Source of the DNA: Chara braunii
Lineage: Eukaryota; Plantae; Charophyceae
Length of the DNA: 64,000 bases
Direction: 5' to 3'
Assembly: GCA_003427395.1 (NCBI GenBank)
Contig: BFEA01000045.1
Coordinates: forward strand, 1,811,522 to 1,875,521
The translations under genes were made by a program, and so were the position numbers. The notes under the pieces were generated by a model. The model was not told the DNA's origin and made no database searches. It was given only the letters and a program-made list of their open reading frames with translations. Shown piece after piece: positions 37,489 to 50,503 of the stretch. Within the stretch, counting starts at the first letter, position 1, and each line of letters starts with the position of its first letter.

Positions 37489-39689
37489 ATGACACGGAAG
37501 GGAGGGATGCCTTCCAGGCCAACCTTTGACAGGGAACGGCGACAGGGATTACGGTGGGACGCGGACGGAGTGCCGATCTACAAGAAGGGGGACAATTTGA
37601 GGTTGTTCCTGAGGGAGTTTGAGGATTATGCCTTCAGGAGGGAGTGGGCACCCCAACCATGCTGCTCAGAGTGACAGGTGTGGGGGAGTGTCAATTGAAG
37701 ATTGAGGAAATCACCACCGACTGTCTGGGGTGGATGACCTTCAAAACGGAGATGCGGGCTGGGTATGGGGATCTGAGGAGAGATGAGAATAAGGATGATA
37801 TCATCTTTAATGGGACTAATGTGGAGGATTTTGAGGACAACATTGCTCTGTATGCAGAGAAGAAAGGGTGGAAGGAAGAGGAGAAGCTGGAACAGGTAAT
37901 GACAAGAGTGGACCTCAGGAAATATGAGAGTGTGAGGAAGATCAAGGAGGAATCAGATACCTGTGGAGAATTTCTTGTCAAGTTTAGAAGAACCTACACC
38001 CTGGCCGTGCAGAGACAGAAGAAAACGCAGTTACTTCAAGAGCAGGGATTGTGGATAGGAAAAAGAGGAGAGAGGCTAGAGAGAAAGGGTCAATAGGAAA
38101 TTGTTGAAGATAAAGTGCCCCTGAGACAAGTACTTGACAAGAAGAGGGCAACAGCTGAGAAGGGGAATGGGTCAACAAGCAAGACCACAAGAGTGCAATA
38201 AAAGGGAAGAAGCAGGGAGAAGAACCAAAGCCAGGAAGAAGAAGAAGAATGTGAGCAGGACAAGGAGGGTGAAGAAGAGAGGAACAAGGAAGTGGAAGAG
38301 GTAGTAAAGGAAAAAGAGGACGCAAAGGAGAATGAGAAGAAGGAAGATGAGGAGAATCAAACAGGGAGAGAGACTGGAATGACAACAGATGAGAATCCTC
38401 TCAGGGGACCAGGATCAAGGAGAATGATCAAGGAGGAAAGAGAAAAGAGAGAGGAAAATAATAAAGGAATGAAAGAACAGAATGGTCGCTTCAATAAAAG
38501 AAGATGAGCTACATGCAGATGCCTCTTGGAGTGTGACGATCGAGAGGGTCTTGTTGGCTGAAACAATCAAGGGCTCTAAGTTGGCATCAGACATGGACAA
38601 GTTAATCAGGCTGCATGAGCCACTTCGAGATGACTGTGAGTGGATCCTTGAGAGAGAAGCAGAGGTGGAAGAGAAATTGGAGAAAGCAGGAAAGAGTCGG
38701 AGAGGGAATGACGAGGCTGGGAAGTTGAAGACTTCAATGAGAGAACTCCAAAAAAGGGTAAAAGAGGAGGAGGAATTACTCATTCAAGAAGTAGCAAGCC
38801 ACATCGCTGAAGTCCCGAAAGAGATCCAAAGATTGAGGAAGAGGGAAGAAAGCAGGGATGCACAAGTGGAAAAGATGGAAAAAGAAGTAGAGAGCATGAG
38901 GGCTGAAATAAGCAGAGTAAAGGAGGAGCAACAAGGATTGAAGAAGCAGGTGGAATCATTGAACATTACCTTGGACAATAAAAACAAGGAGGTGGAAAAA
39001 GAGAGGATTGAGCGAGAAAAATTGGAGAAGGAAGTTGGCAAGCTGGAAGGGAAGGTCAGTGAGCAAGAAAAAGAGATGGAGACTATAAAGGAAGAAAGAA
39101 GGAAGGAAAGCAAGAATTGAGAAGAGAAGTGGAAGGCAATGGAGAAGAAGGTAGAAAATCTCAGAATGGTTGCTCAAGGGGAAGGAGCAGAAACGCCTAC
39201 AAAGATAGTTGAATGGAACGACGAGATGGGATTTGAAATCAGGAATGTTACAAGGACATATCGTGCACCAGGGCAAGGCTTAGAAAGAGCAAGCAGAGAA
39301 GTGTTGGGACTAAGAAAAGAGAACAATGATCATGCCACTATCATTCCAACTTCTGTTAACAAGCAGGTTGAGCTAATGACATCTGACACTGTTACGAAGT
39401 CTTCCAATGAAGACGAATCTAGGGATAGTAGTTCAAGAGACCTTGTTCAGAGATGGTGGAAGCAGGTGAAGAAAAGGAGATGGCACTACCACATCATTCT
39501 GCCAAAAAGTCAAGAAGTGAGGATAAAAAGTTGTGTTGGTATTGCATGAAGGGGATGCATCTGAGGGAGGAGTGCCAAGGGTTTAAGTTTGACAAGGAAA
39601 AGGGTTTGGTAAGGTTGGATGAAAACAAAAAGCTTATTGACAGGGAAAGGAATCCTGTTAAGAAGACCAAGGATGGGTTCAGAACTTAG
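37489..39689 (+). pseudogene. post-integrase ORF: Gag-like repeats, coiled coil and CCHC zinc knuckle
   Basis: VPIYKKGDNLRLFLREFEDYA and IIFNGTNVEDFEDNIALYAEKKGWKEEEKL resemble the capsid start; E/K heptads 38650-39150; CWYCMKGMHLREEC at 39534-39575; branch point and acceptor at 37414-37463. Confidence 0.7.
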
Positions 39690-40336
39690 TTATATAGGCA
39701 GTTGAACCTTAGCATGATAGACTAGGGAGGGTTGGAGTGGTCGCACTGTTGGACGAGCGCCTTCTGAAATCCACATCTAAGCGTCAGTGGACCGAAGCAA
39801 AACCCTCGAACAACCCCTACGACCCCCAATTAGTCCCGCGGACAAGGCGAGCTTGCACTCGGGCAATGGCAGGTTTCACACAAGATCCGAACTTGCCCGC
39901 GGCTTCATAGAGTGACCACGAACGGGTGCCAACCGCGAAATCCACCCGGATCCGAACTTGATAGCAAGGCACGTTTTGTTTTTGTTGCGGGCCCTGCGAT
40001 TGGACTGTTTTTTGCGGCAACGCCAACCGAAGGACAGTCATGTAGCCAGGACTCTCAAAAGACCCCTATAAACCGTCAATGGGGCAGATTCGATTTGTGT
40101 CATATTGTGTGCCGATACTGGAAGCGTGTGATTTCAGCGATGTGGTCGAAACAGCGCACATTTGCAGGAACACAACAATAATCATATGAGCAGCTCGCGA
40201 CTTTGCATGCACCAGATCGCAAGTCCGCCGGGATCCGAACTTCGTGTTATCGCCCTCGCACGGTGGGAATTGTCAGGGCGTTCGGAGGTATCGACCCCAC
40301 CCCCGAAAGATGGAAACCCTGTCCCGCAGAAGGCAG

Positions 40337-40678
40337 TCATCACGGCAATGGGGGACGCTATTGTAACTGCAAGCGCAAAACCAACAACCGCCAACCAAAA
40401 AACGGCGAGTCGCGTACGATTGCCTGGCGAGAAGGGAAGTTCGGATGCCGGCGAACTTCAACAATCATGCGCTGTGCTCTCACGGGCGCATGCTCTCCCC
40501 ACGACCACATGACGACAACACAATGACACTTTCGTGAGAGCACAACGCATGATTGTTGTCGTCCGCCGATCCGAATTTCCCTTTTCGCCAGACAATCACA
40601 CGTGACTCGCCATTTTTTGGTTGGCGGTTATTCATTTCGCGCTTGCAGTCACAATGGCGTCCCCCATTGCCCTGATGA
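40337..40678. repeat. long inverted repeat (~145-bp arms, 48-bp loop)
   Basis: 40337-40484 is the imperfect reverse complement of 40533-40678. Confidence 0.9.
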
Positions 40679-41589
40679 ATAAGACGTTTCCCGGAGGAGG
40701 CCGGGTTGTTCGTTATTTAACGAGGCCATCGTTTCGTGTTAAGGTTCTCGTCACGAAATAAGCGGCGCTCACGCCGAAGAAACGACATCATCATTGCAGC
40801 GAGCGGTGGTGTCGTTCTCCATCACGTGCACACAGCGTGTGCATTCTTCGCCCGGGAGCCCACGGATGTCGCGCGCACAGTCCTGGCATTTGTCGTGCGC
40901 AATGTGGTAGCGCGTCCCTCACGACCAGCGCCAGGAGTGCGCGCTTAACATCCGTGAGCTCTCGGGTGGATCATGTGCATGCTGTGTGCGCGGGATGGAG
41001 ACGACACCATATCTCCGGGGACTGATGTCATAGTCTCTTCGGGGAAAGAGGCACAAATGTTGTGGCGAGAACATGAACACGGAATGACGATCTCCTCCCG
41101 TTGATGAATACCATCCCTCTCATGCGCCCGCCAACATCAGCGCAAGAAACAGTCACTGCACGCCACGTGGATGGTCAACATCCTTCGCAAAAGGGCCATT
41201 GCGAGATGCTTAACACCGACCCTGGTCGCGCGCAACCCATGTGGCACCTGCTTATCGTCCACAACACCTGCCGCGATGACTGTCTCTCTACTGCTCGTGT
41301 AGTTGGGCCCGTGACGGATTCGAACCATCAGTCGTGGATTTGCAGTCCGATGCATCACCTTTGTGTTACCCAACCTTTGATTTGTTTGATGAAAAAAATA
41401 AACGTGCGAGGCAAAGAGTTTTTTTTCAATTTTCAAAAAGGCGAATTCGTGTTTAACTCAACCACGTGGGTGTGTTTTGCAATGTTCAATTCGGTAACAA
41501 ATGGAGTAGGCAACGACCCTGTTTAAAGCATTTTTTGAAATCCGTGTAGTTGCCGCAAAACAGGAACGCAATTCAGTTAGAAGTCGTCT

Positions 41590-41825
41590 GGTCGATCGCG
41601 GGGATCGAACGAGTGAGAGGAAAAGGAAACACAGAAACCATGTGCCCCAATGCCAACCCAAGCAGGAATCATGGGGTCGATCGTGAGGAACGAACGACTG
41701 AGAAGAGAGGGAAACATAAAAACCATGTGCCCCGACGCCAACCCAAGCAGGAATCATGGGGCCGATCGCGAGGAACGAACGAGTGGGAAGCAAAAGGGAA
41801 CACAAAAACCATGTGCCCCAATGTC
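41590..41825. repeat. ~86-bp tandem repeat, ~3 copies
   Basis: gatcgcg.gga.cgaacga.tg...aaaccatgtgccc.a.gccaacccaagcaggaatcatggg. Confidence 0.85.
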
Positions 41826-43233
41826 ATCGACAGNCGTNCCCACCGTCCCCGCCACTTGCGACACGTGGCACGACGCGGCGGCTGTCATGCGCTGGCAAGC
41901 ATGTGCCCCAAAGCCAACCCCAGCAGTTGTGGGCAACGGCTGACACGTGGGCAGGCAGAACACCACTGTACCTTGACGAGGGCAAAGTGCATACGATGGC
42001 GCAGCTCTTTAACGCGGCGCAGTTCTTCGACGAGACACAACTCTTCGATGAGGGCAAAGCGCACACGATGGCGCAACTTTTTGACAAGGTCGCAGCGCAG
42101 ACGATGGCGGACACTTGTTGACGCAAAACGCAAAGACGGGATGTCGAAGCTCCGACAACAGGAGTCCATGAGCGGGCGGAAGGACGGAAACGAGGCGACG
42201 ACGAGAGGAAACCCAGACGCCCACGCACGCAGACACGTGGCGCGACAGCGGAGCAGCGAAGGCGATGTAGAAGGTCGCGGACGTGACGTTGCGCGCGAAT
42301 GCGCTCGTCAGGCAGGAGATGCAAATGGGCTGCACCAGACCCCAAACAGCAGTTCAACGACATCCAATGCCCGCCTCAAACTGTAATCGTACCCCACGAA
42401 AAGACCTGCCTGCGCGCCAATCAGCACCCATTTATGTGAGAAGACGAACGTCGGCCGTCCGATCTGCAAATCGGACGGCTAGACGGTGACTTCACTATGG
42501 ACACTGCCGCAGCCCCCCCCCCCCCGACCCTCCCCCAGCCACCCCCATCAGGCCCCGGAAAATATAAACCGACCACGAGCGCCGCCCGAAACCACCCCTC
42601 CAGTTTGTCAAGCGACTGGGCCCAGCGAAGGCGAGGAAACGAACCCTGGGGGCCTTTTTTCATGACATGCGCACGGGGCCAGTACCAAGGGCCATTTTTT
42701 TCATGACGTCCGGACTGGGCCCCCCTTACGAAAATTTCGACGTGGAGCCACCGCACGATGTGCGGATCCAACAGTCGTGCGATGACGCACGGACCCCTCA
42801 CGCAACACCGAAAGGGAAGACCCGAGGAGGACCTGAAATCCGCGAGCCTACAAAACCGAGCGGCGCCCGTGGAAATCACGCCGCATTCTGCGATTTTGCT
42901 GGGGAGATGCTGCCGGACTGGCGTCTCGCACTACCGCTGTCGTCAACACCAGCACCTCACACAGCCGGAGCGCCATAGCTGGCAAGCAGCACGAGGCCAC
43001 AGCTCCTGGCAAAACGAAGGGACACACGTCCTTCCCTGTGCTCATTTCTGTCGCGTCGACGTACCGCGTGACTCCTCCACCTGCTCACGTCTCCCTCTAC
43101 CTTTCGCGTTGCTCTCCACGTCACCTCCCACGTTGCATTTGCCTCGCACAAACAAAGCATTTGGCTCGCGCAAGCAACGCATTTGCCTCGCGCAAACAAC
43201 ATATTTGCCTCGCACGATCAACCCGTTTGAAAG

Positions 43234-43773
43234 CTAGGTAGCATGGGTTATCTGGCCGGATAATCTGGTCGGATTATGTGGCCGGATGATCGGGGGGTAG
43301 GATCATCCGGAAATCCGGATGATTAAAAAAAGGGCCTAAAAAAAAAAAAAAGAAAAAAAAAAAAGGTGATATTGCGCATGCAAAATACAATAGAACGGCG
43401 TTCCTATTCCATCAAAAGCTTGATAGGGCCTGGAAGAGTTCAAAGGGGATAAGATAAGGAATAAAGGGGTTTAGAGGGGGGATGCTTTATTCATTCTATA
43501 ATTTTTTATCTAAATATTATTTTGTTGTTCTGTTTTATTTTTTATCGTCATATCTGTTGAGTAATCAAAGATGGCCTCAAGCCAAAAGTTGTTCATATCA
43601 TTGATATGAACAACATAATTGTTTTTCAGATTTTTTTGAATTTTGTTTTTTTGGTAAAAAAAAAATATTATGCGCAGGGCCGGATTTTCCATATCCGGAA
43701 TTAATCCGGAAATTTCATCCGGATTGAAAATTCCGGATAAAATTGGTCTGTCGGAGATCTGGATTTGCTACTT
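43234..43773. mobile_element. hAT-like non-autonomous element nested in a 22-bp tandem repeat
   Basis: 8-bp duplication tttgaaag at 43226-43233 and 43774-43781; imperfect TIR gtagca/tgctac; dense CCGGAT subterminal repeats at both ends; gcctcgca.aaacaa repeat continues on both sides. Confidence 0.7.
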
Positions 43774-44003
43774 TTTGAAAGACGCTTCGACCACTCCGTG
43801 TATTCGCCTCGCATAAACAACGCACTCAGAACAAGTCCCACAGAGTGCCGTCTCGATGGGGGTTTGCACGCATCCCCACACGACAGTTACATTCGGTGAG
43901 TGAGCACATGGCCAGAACGTGTGTTGTGTATGTGTGTGCGTGTGTGTGTGTGCCGATATATTTGTTTACGTTGAACGTGTGTGTGCATGTGCGTGTTTGT
44001 GTA

Positions 44004-44062
<59 letters not shown>

Positions 44063-44523
44063 NCCCCCCTTTTCCTCTGTGTCTTCATCTCTCCCACCAG
44101 CACCCTCACCACCTACCCTCTGTGTGTGTATGTGTGTGTGTGAAAAACAATCGTTTTGACAGCGTCGCTCTGTTTTTTTTAGTACAACGATGATGAAGAT
44201 CCAACAAATGTGCAAAAATAGAAGACATCCGATATTGCAAAACGTTTTTGTTCCCGTGGAGCATAAATATTCACTTCAGCCTCTTGCGAAATATTCACAA
44301 AGATGAAGGCATGCTTTTTCTCTCTGCCATTCATAAGTTTTTAGACATGAAGTGGTAATTCAACCGTTGGACCCACGTATGCATGTTCTGCCTTCAATGC
44401 CATACACGACCTTATCATACCCGGTTGTGCCTATAAATGCCATTCACCAATTTTCCTTAATTGAATTGCTTGTTGTCAAAAATAAATCTGGAACACGCAA
44501 AGAGAGTGACATGACGCAAGAGA

Positions 44524-44575
<52 letters not shown>

Positions 44576-44586
44576 GCGAGCGAGCG

Positions 44587-44656
<70 letters not shown>

Positions 44657-45009
44657 AGGTGCACGCTCACGGATGAATGGTATGGTGTGCGCTCAGGGAT
44701 GAATGCTATGGTGTGCGCTTAGCGATGAATGGTGTGAAAAGGTGTGCGCTCAGTGACGAATGGTACGGTGTGTATCGCGAGTGTGCTCATGTTTTGTTCA
44801 GGGATGATTGTTGTGTGCGCAAACGATCCAACAAACGCGTACTGTCTAGAGCTGCACGGTATGCGGATCGTGTTGTATGTTTGCATCACAACGCTTACTA
44901 GACTCCTGTCATTTGACTGTCAGAACTTGCTCAGTGAACAGTTCGCTCGGCCATCGGCAAAACATCAGGACACTGCACACCAGAGAGCCCCCGATCACAG
45001 AACCGAAAG

Positions 45010-45420
45010 AATTAAGCAGAGCACACGGTGATAAAGTCGACACTGAACACGCGATCAACTGACCCATCGAGAAACACAAACACATTACTCGCGATCGGTC
45101 GATTGATCGTGTATCGTGTCCCAATGCTATCGCCCCCGATCAGCCAGTCGAAAGGATGATCAATCAGAACGCGCGGTGACAATGTCGACACTGCACACTC
45201 GATCAATCGACCAATCGCGAAACACAAACAGCTCACTCGCGATCGGACGATTGATCGTGTGTGCGGTCCCAATGCTTTCGCCCCCGATCAGATGATTAAC
45301 GAAAGCACGTGGTCGTAATGTCGAGACATCACACGCGATCAATCGACAAATCGCGAAAAACAAACAGATTACCCGGGATCGGTCGATCAATCGCAGGTGC
45401 TGTACCGATGTTATCACCTC
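45010..45420. repeat. ~140-150-bp tandem repeat, 3 copies, GATC-rich
   Basis: gcacacggtga.aa.gtcgacactg.acac.cgatcaa..gacc.atcg.gaaacacaaaca repeated. Confidence 0.8.
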
Positions 45421-48246
45421 GTGTGTGTTTCGCTCGTTTCAATCACAACATCAAACCAGGATGCGGGGATGTGCGTGTATGTGTGTGTGTGTGTGTGTGT
45501 GCGTTTGTGCGCTGTCTCATTATTATCACCGCTTTTGTGTTTCGCTCGTTTCAATGGCGGGCAGTTAGTGTCAGCTCCCCTCAGGCGGTCAATCAGCAGA
45601 TTGTTCGCTTGACTAACTAATCAAGCAGTAGATCAGTCGTCGACGGAGCAGTCGATCAATCAATCGATCCTGGCAGATCTACAGAGCAATCGTTTGTTTG
45701 GTCGAAGACGATCAACCGTCAACCGAGCAGTCGATCAATCAGTTCGATTCAGTTGTGGATTCGCGAAAGGGACAAATTGGTTGCTCGCCTGCCAACGTTG
45801 TGTAATTTTCAGATATTGAAAGCAGATACAACATCTGTGCGGGTTTGATCGACTGTTTGGTTGCCGACGAGCGATCAATTTGTTCGCTGGTCGAACGAAG
45901 AGTTTCTTACGATCGAAAGGAGTAAATGGGCAAAACACGTGCGTTGTGCGAGTGTTTTTGTCCATTCAGTCGTTTCGATTCGATTGCTCTTCAATCGACC
46001 AGGGAACACATCCATCGATCGCAGGCAATCGATCAGTGGACTGGTCACTTTGACGTCCGAAACGAATGCAGGACGATGCCTTTCCCTATTGTGCAGGGTC
46101 AGAATTGGCGAAAGGACAAAAAACGCCATCGTCACAGTCATGTTGCGCATCGAACCTTGTCATCCATCGAACCTTGGTCGACATTAAACCTTGTGGGGCA
46201 TCGAACCTCGTTGGACGTCGAACCTTGTCAGACATCGAACGACAGTGGACGTCGAACCTCGTTGGTCATCGAAACTTGTTGCGCAATGAACGTTGTTTGG
46301 CCACCACAACCCGTGTCGTCGTCACATCCCATTCACCCCGTCCCGTTCGCCCCATCCCATTACAAGCGACGCACATATTTTATTGAGGTCGCTTAGTGGC
46401 CGAAGTCCACATGCCGGTGGCGTCATCCAAAATTTCCACTCATCTCCCAGGATCTCTCTCTATTTGTCTCCGTGCATTCCTCCACCTCTCTCTCCGACTC
46501 TCAGTCAATCCACCAGTCCCACATTCTGTTGAAGTCCGGATCCCGACGGACTTCGTATTTTTAGATATCCCCTAACATGTCGAGTTGGAGGAACCGGACA
46601 GCGGAAGCACTTCGGATTACGGCCTTGGCTACACCCACCTCGGAACTAGCCAGATTGTGAAATCGAGCAGCGGAAGAAGTTCGGATTCCGGCGAACTTCG
46701 CATTCTTATCTATCCATTGATGTGCCCGTCGATTGCTTATGTTGAAATCCGCAGGCGCATCTAAGGACCGATGACGGTCGGTCGAATACTTGAAGTTCGC
46801 CGGAATCCGGACTTCTTCCGCTGTCCGGTTTCGCGACATGTTAAGTTCGGAGGTAGACATGGCTAACGACCGTGATTCGACGCCCAGTTTGGAGAACACG
46901 TGACGTTCGGATGCGGGCGAACTTGTATTGTTGTCCGTATACGTGGTGCAACCCCAGACCACATTTCTGCCGAACCAGAACATTTGCGAAAACGTGAACT
47001 CCGTCGGGATCTGGACTTCAAGAGAGCGAAGGGCTTCGAGTTCGAAGACATTTGTCTCTCTCTCCAACGCACTCTCGCGAAGATCGGATTCCGGCGAACT
47101 ACACGATCTCACCCCACGTACCACATGTTCGTGGCTCAAATGGTGGGCCGTCGATTTGAGAAATAGCCAAGTCCGCCCGGATCCGAACTTCACGGCATTC
47201 CGAAAAGGATTCATCGAACATGCCTACTCGAATCAGTTCTTCGAACGTTAGCCGCGTCTAAGAGCAAACGTCGCATATCGTGAAACAGAACAACATGCAA
47301 ATTGCGGATGATCATCTGGTCTTCGCCTTTTCACCGGACCTCTTTGTTGACTGTGGTCGCCCAGGTGTCTTGTGAATTCTCGCACACTCGTTAAGTTCAG
47401 ATCCCGGCGTACTTCGCATTTTCCCATGACCCGGGTTCTGACTGTGGTCTTTCTGGCGCCCCGTGGATTGCAACAAGAACACAAGTTCGCCCGGATCCGA
47501 ACTTCGCTTTTTGCCCCGGCGTGCAAACCGTGATGGTTCTTCCAGGCCGCCCACCGAATGTGGGTTGTGTCCGCCCCCGGAAAGTAACACATCGTGAAAC
47601 CGGAAAACAGAGCAAGTTTGGATGTTGGCGGACTACTAATTTTTGTCTACCCTCCAACGACGTCGTGGTTCTCCTCCGGCGCAGTGGATTTCACCAAACA
47701 CGCAAGTGCAGAACCCGTCTCTCTCTCAATGACTCTCTCGCACCACCCTTGAGTTCGGATCCCGACAAACTTCATGTTTCCACATGCTCTTTGGACTGAC
47801 TGCTGTCTGCCTTGTGGCCCTGGATAGGACCCGCATTCCCATCCAACCTCGAACGATTTGTTCAGCCTTGACTCCGAACAGTTTGACTACAAGGCAGCAT
47901 ATTCTACAGTCATCATTTGTTGGGTATTCAGGAATCCGGATGTTAAACGTGTCATAGATAATTCTGCTCGCGTAGGCATACACCCTTAGTGCGAGTTAGG
48001 AGGGGAGAAAATGTCGTCTGATCAAGGGCAAAAAAGGCAGTCACACCCACACATCAGGCGGAGCTGCACGCCCGTGTGCTTGTGCACTACTTGGGAGCAT
48101 GTAAACAGCTTGTGAATATTCAGTTCGGGACGTGACGAATGGGTGTTGCCGTCACCACGGGAGTTATCGCTTGCCAACTCCGTTCACGAGTGTCTACATT
48201 TCCGTATGTGTCGTTTAATATGTGTGTGTGATGTGTAGGGCGCATA

Positions 48247-49224
48247 ATGTCGTTGAGAGCATCGACAAGCAGGGGCATGCGTCCCGAGATGCACATGCAT
48301 TTAGCTGAACCATTTCCTCCTTGTGCGAAATCGGTGCGGCGTTGTGACGGTCATGTTTCGATCGATGGAGCAACCATAAAGGACTTTGAAGAGGACCCGT
48401 GGATGACCGTCGTCCCGTTCTTGAACCGGCATCTCGACGATTGGTGCGAGGGTGATTGAGAGACGATGGAGAGTGCCTACCCTTGGACGAGCCATTACAA
48501 GTTTGCCAACATGTTAGAGTTCGGGAACCTCATTGCACTGCCTGATGGTGTCCTTGAGCACAAGTTCCTGAACCGTATGCGCAAAACACTCCGCTGCATC
48601 AGCCGCGATTTCAATCGCCTCGTCTGCCACTACATCAGGTCTTCGCCACGAACTTGGGGAAGGTAGCAGAAAGAAGAGTTGGTGGACTGCGCTAGTCATT
48701 GTTCATTCTTGAAGCAGTATCCACTCCGTTACCCCGGGATTTCTCCACAGGCTGTGTCGTACTGTTGTGTGCGGTTGACTGTGTCCGGATCTGATTTCGC
48801 CAGAGTATTATGTGTCGCCACTTCCGACAAAAGTAGGAAACTCGTCGATGCAGTTGTGCATATGTCACGCAATGAGGTGGTAATTGAGGGGTTCAATTTC
48901 GTGCCTATGCGTGGGCGTCCTGATGTGGATGGGTGGCCAGATTTGGTAATAGCGGGCATGGTCGAAGACTTTTCGTTGTGGCGTGAGGTGGAAGAAAAAG
49001 TGTCTGGCATACAAGACTGTATAGGGAACTCATTGGTACGCCTGAGTGTTTTTGTCAGGATGAAATATATGTCCGTCTTTTCGGAGAGCGCCACAGTCGA
49101 GGAACCGCGGATCCACGTATACGGATCATCAATGAATGCTATGTATGGCTTCGGTCCACGAACTCGTCCGCGGGAAACCCCTAATGGCACTGGATCCGGA
49201 CGGGTGGTCAGACCCCGTGTTTGA
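48247..49224 (+). pseudogene. ~325-codon ORF with F-box-like motif, two in-frame stops
   Basis: Three ORF-track pieces share one frame; LIALPDGVLEHKFLNRMRKTLRCISRDFNRLV at ~48529-48624 fits the F-box pattern LxxLPxxxL...R.VSRxWxxL. Confidence 0.55.
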
Positions 49225-50503
49225 GGGTGAAGGAGCGGGAGGTGTGAGAGGCATGTGTGTAGCCGAAAATGGTGAATATGAAGTACTGGACAGAGGTGTG
49301 AGAGGAGCAGTTGCCAGTGGATGCTACACCGCGCACTTTAGGTGCTAATCCCGAACAATTCTCTGCCACCCGCTTTCGTCTAGCCTCCAACGACGGAGTG
49401 GTTTTCCTGCTGCGTGCCCTCGTGAAGTGCGGATCCCGGCAGACTTAAGGTTTCCACCTTTCATGCAACGTCTCTCTGGCCCGCCCGGATCCGAAATTCG
49501 CTTCCGGACTTAACATATTGTGAAACGTGAGAGCGGAGCGATTTCAGGTGCTGGCGGATTAGGCATTGTCGTCTTGCCTCCAACGTCACCGCGGTTTTCG
49601 TGCTGCGCCGTGGATTTCGCCTGCCACGGAAGTGCAGATCCTGTCTCTCTGTCTCTATCTCCCTGTTGCGTAGTTCGGATCCCGACGAACTTCGTCTTTC
49701 CACTTCCCCTTTGATCTGACTGTGGTTTACCTTGTGCCCCTTAAGTGCGGATCCAGTTTTTCTCTATGTCTCTTTCTCAAGAAGGCTCCTTAAGTTCAGA
49801 TCCCGGCGGACTTCGCGTTTTCTTCTGCCGTTCAGCTGACACTGGTCTTCCTCATAACCCGTCGACTGCAAGAACAGGCCTAGTTCGCCCGAATCCGGAC
49901 TTCTCAGTTTGCCCGAACAGGGTCAGAGAACATGCTGGCCAGGCTCCTGCTTTCAACTGGGCTCCGTCGGGTGCCATAGTGCACAGAGCGCCACAATGGA
50001 CAGCAGACGAAGTTCGGATGCCGACGGACTTCTCATTTTGAGGTGGCCTTTGATGTGAGTTTGGACTTCCTACATCCTCGTCGAGTTTAACATCCACGGA
50101 ATTGCAGATCTTGTGTCTCTTTCACCGTCTCTCTCTAACGCACAGTCCTTTAATTCGGATCCCGACGAACTTCTCGTTTTTGGTTGTGCGTTGGTCTGTC
50201 TGTGGTCTTCCTGGTGCCCCGTCGGCCGCATAAACAACGTTTGATCCCCGGCGCACTGCGAGTTTTTACTGGCTTCTCTCTCGCTCTCTGCCTCTTGGTC
50301 TCGTACCCTCTTGAAGTTCGGATCCCGGCGAACTTCACGTTCTCACCGTTTCGAATTTGGGTTCCGGAGGGTCTTTGTGTGCAGATTTCACTGCGCCAGA
50401 GCTTGCGTTGTGGTGTGGCAGCGATTGTTCTGTTGCTGCTGTGTTTTGCCATACGTTGACTGCATGGTGCGTTGTTTGATTTGCGTTGTCGTTCGCAGAC
50501 AAG

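Larger units (their letters stand above)
23362..39743 (+). mobile_element. ~16 kb degenerate Ty3/Gypsy LTR retrotransposon, 3' end interrupted
   Basis: TGTGACGG start; domain order gag-PR-RT-RNaseH-INT; no 3' LTR in the window, composition changes abruptly at 39744. Confidence 0.9.

Noticed and set aside
38482-39120. Retroviral env gene
   Set aside because: Charged coiled coil with no signal peptide or transmembrane segment; the flanking motifs are Gag-like
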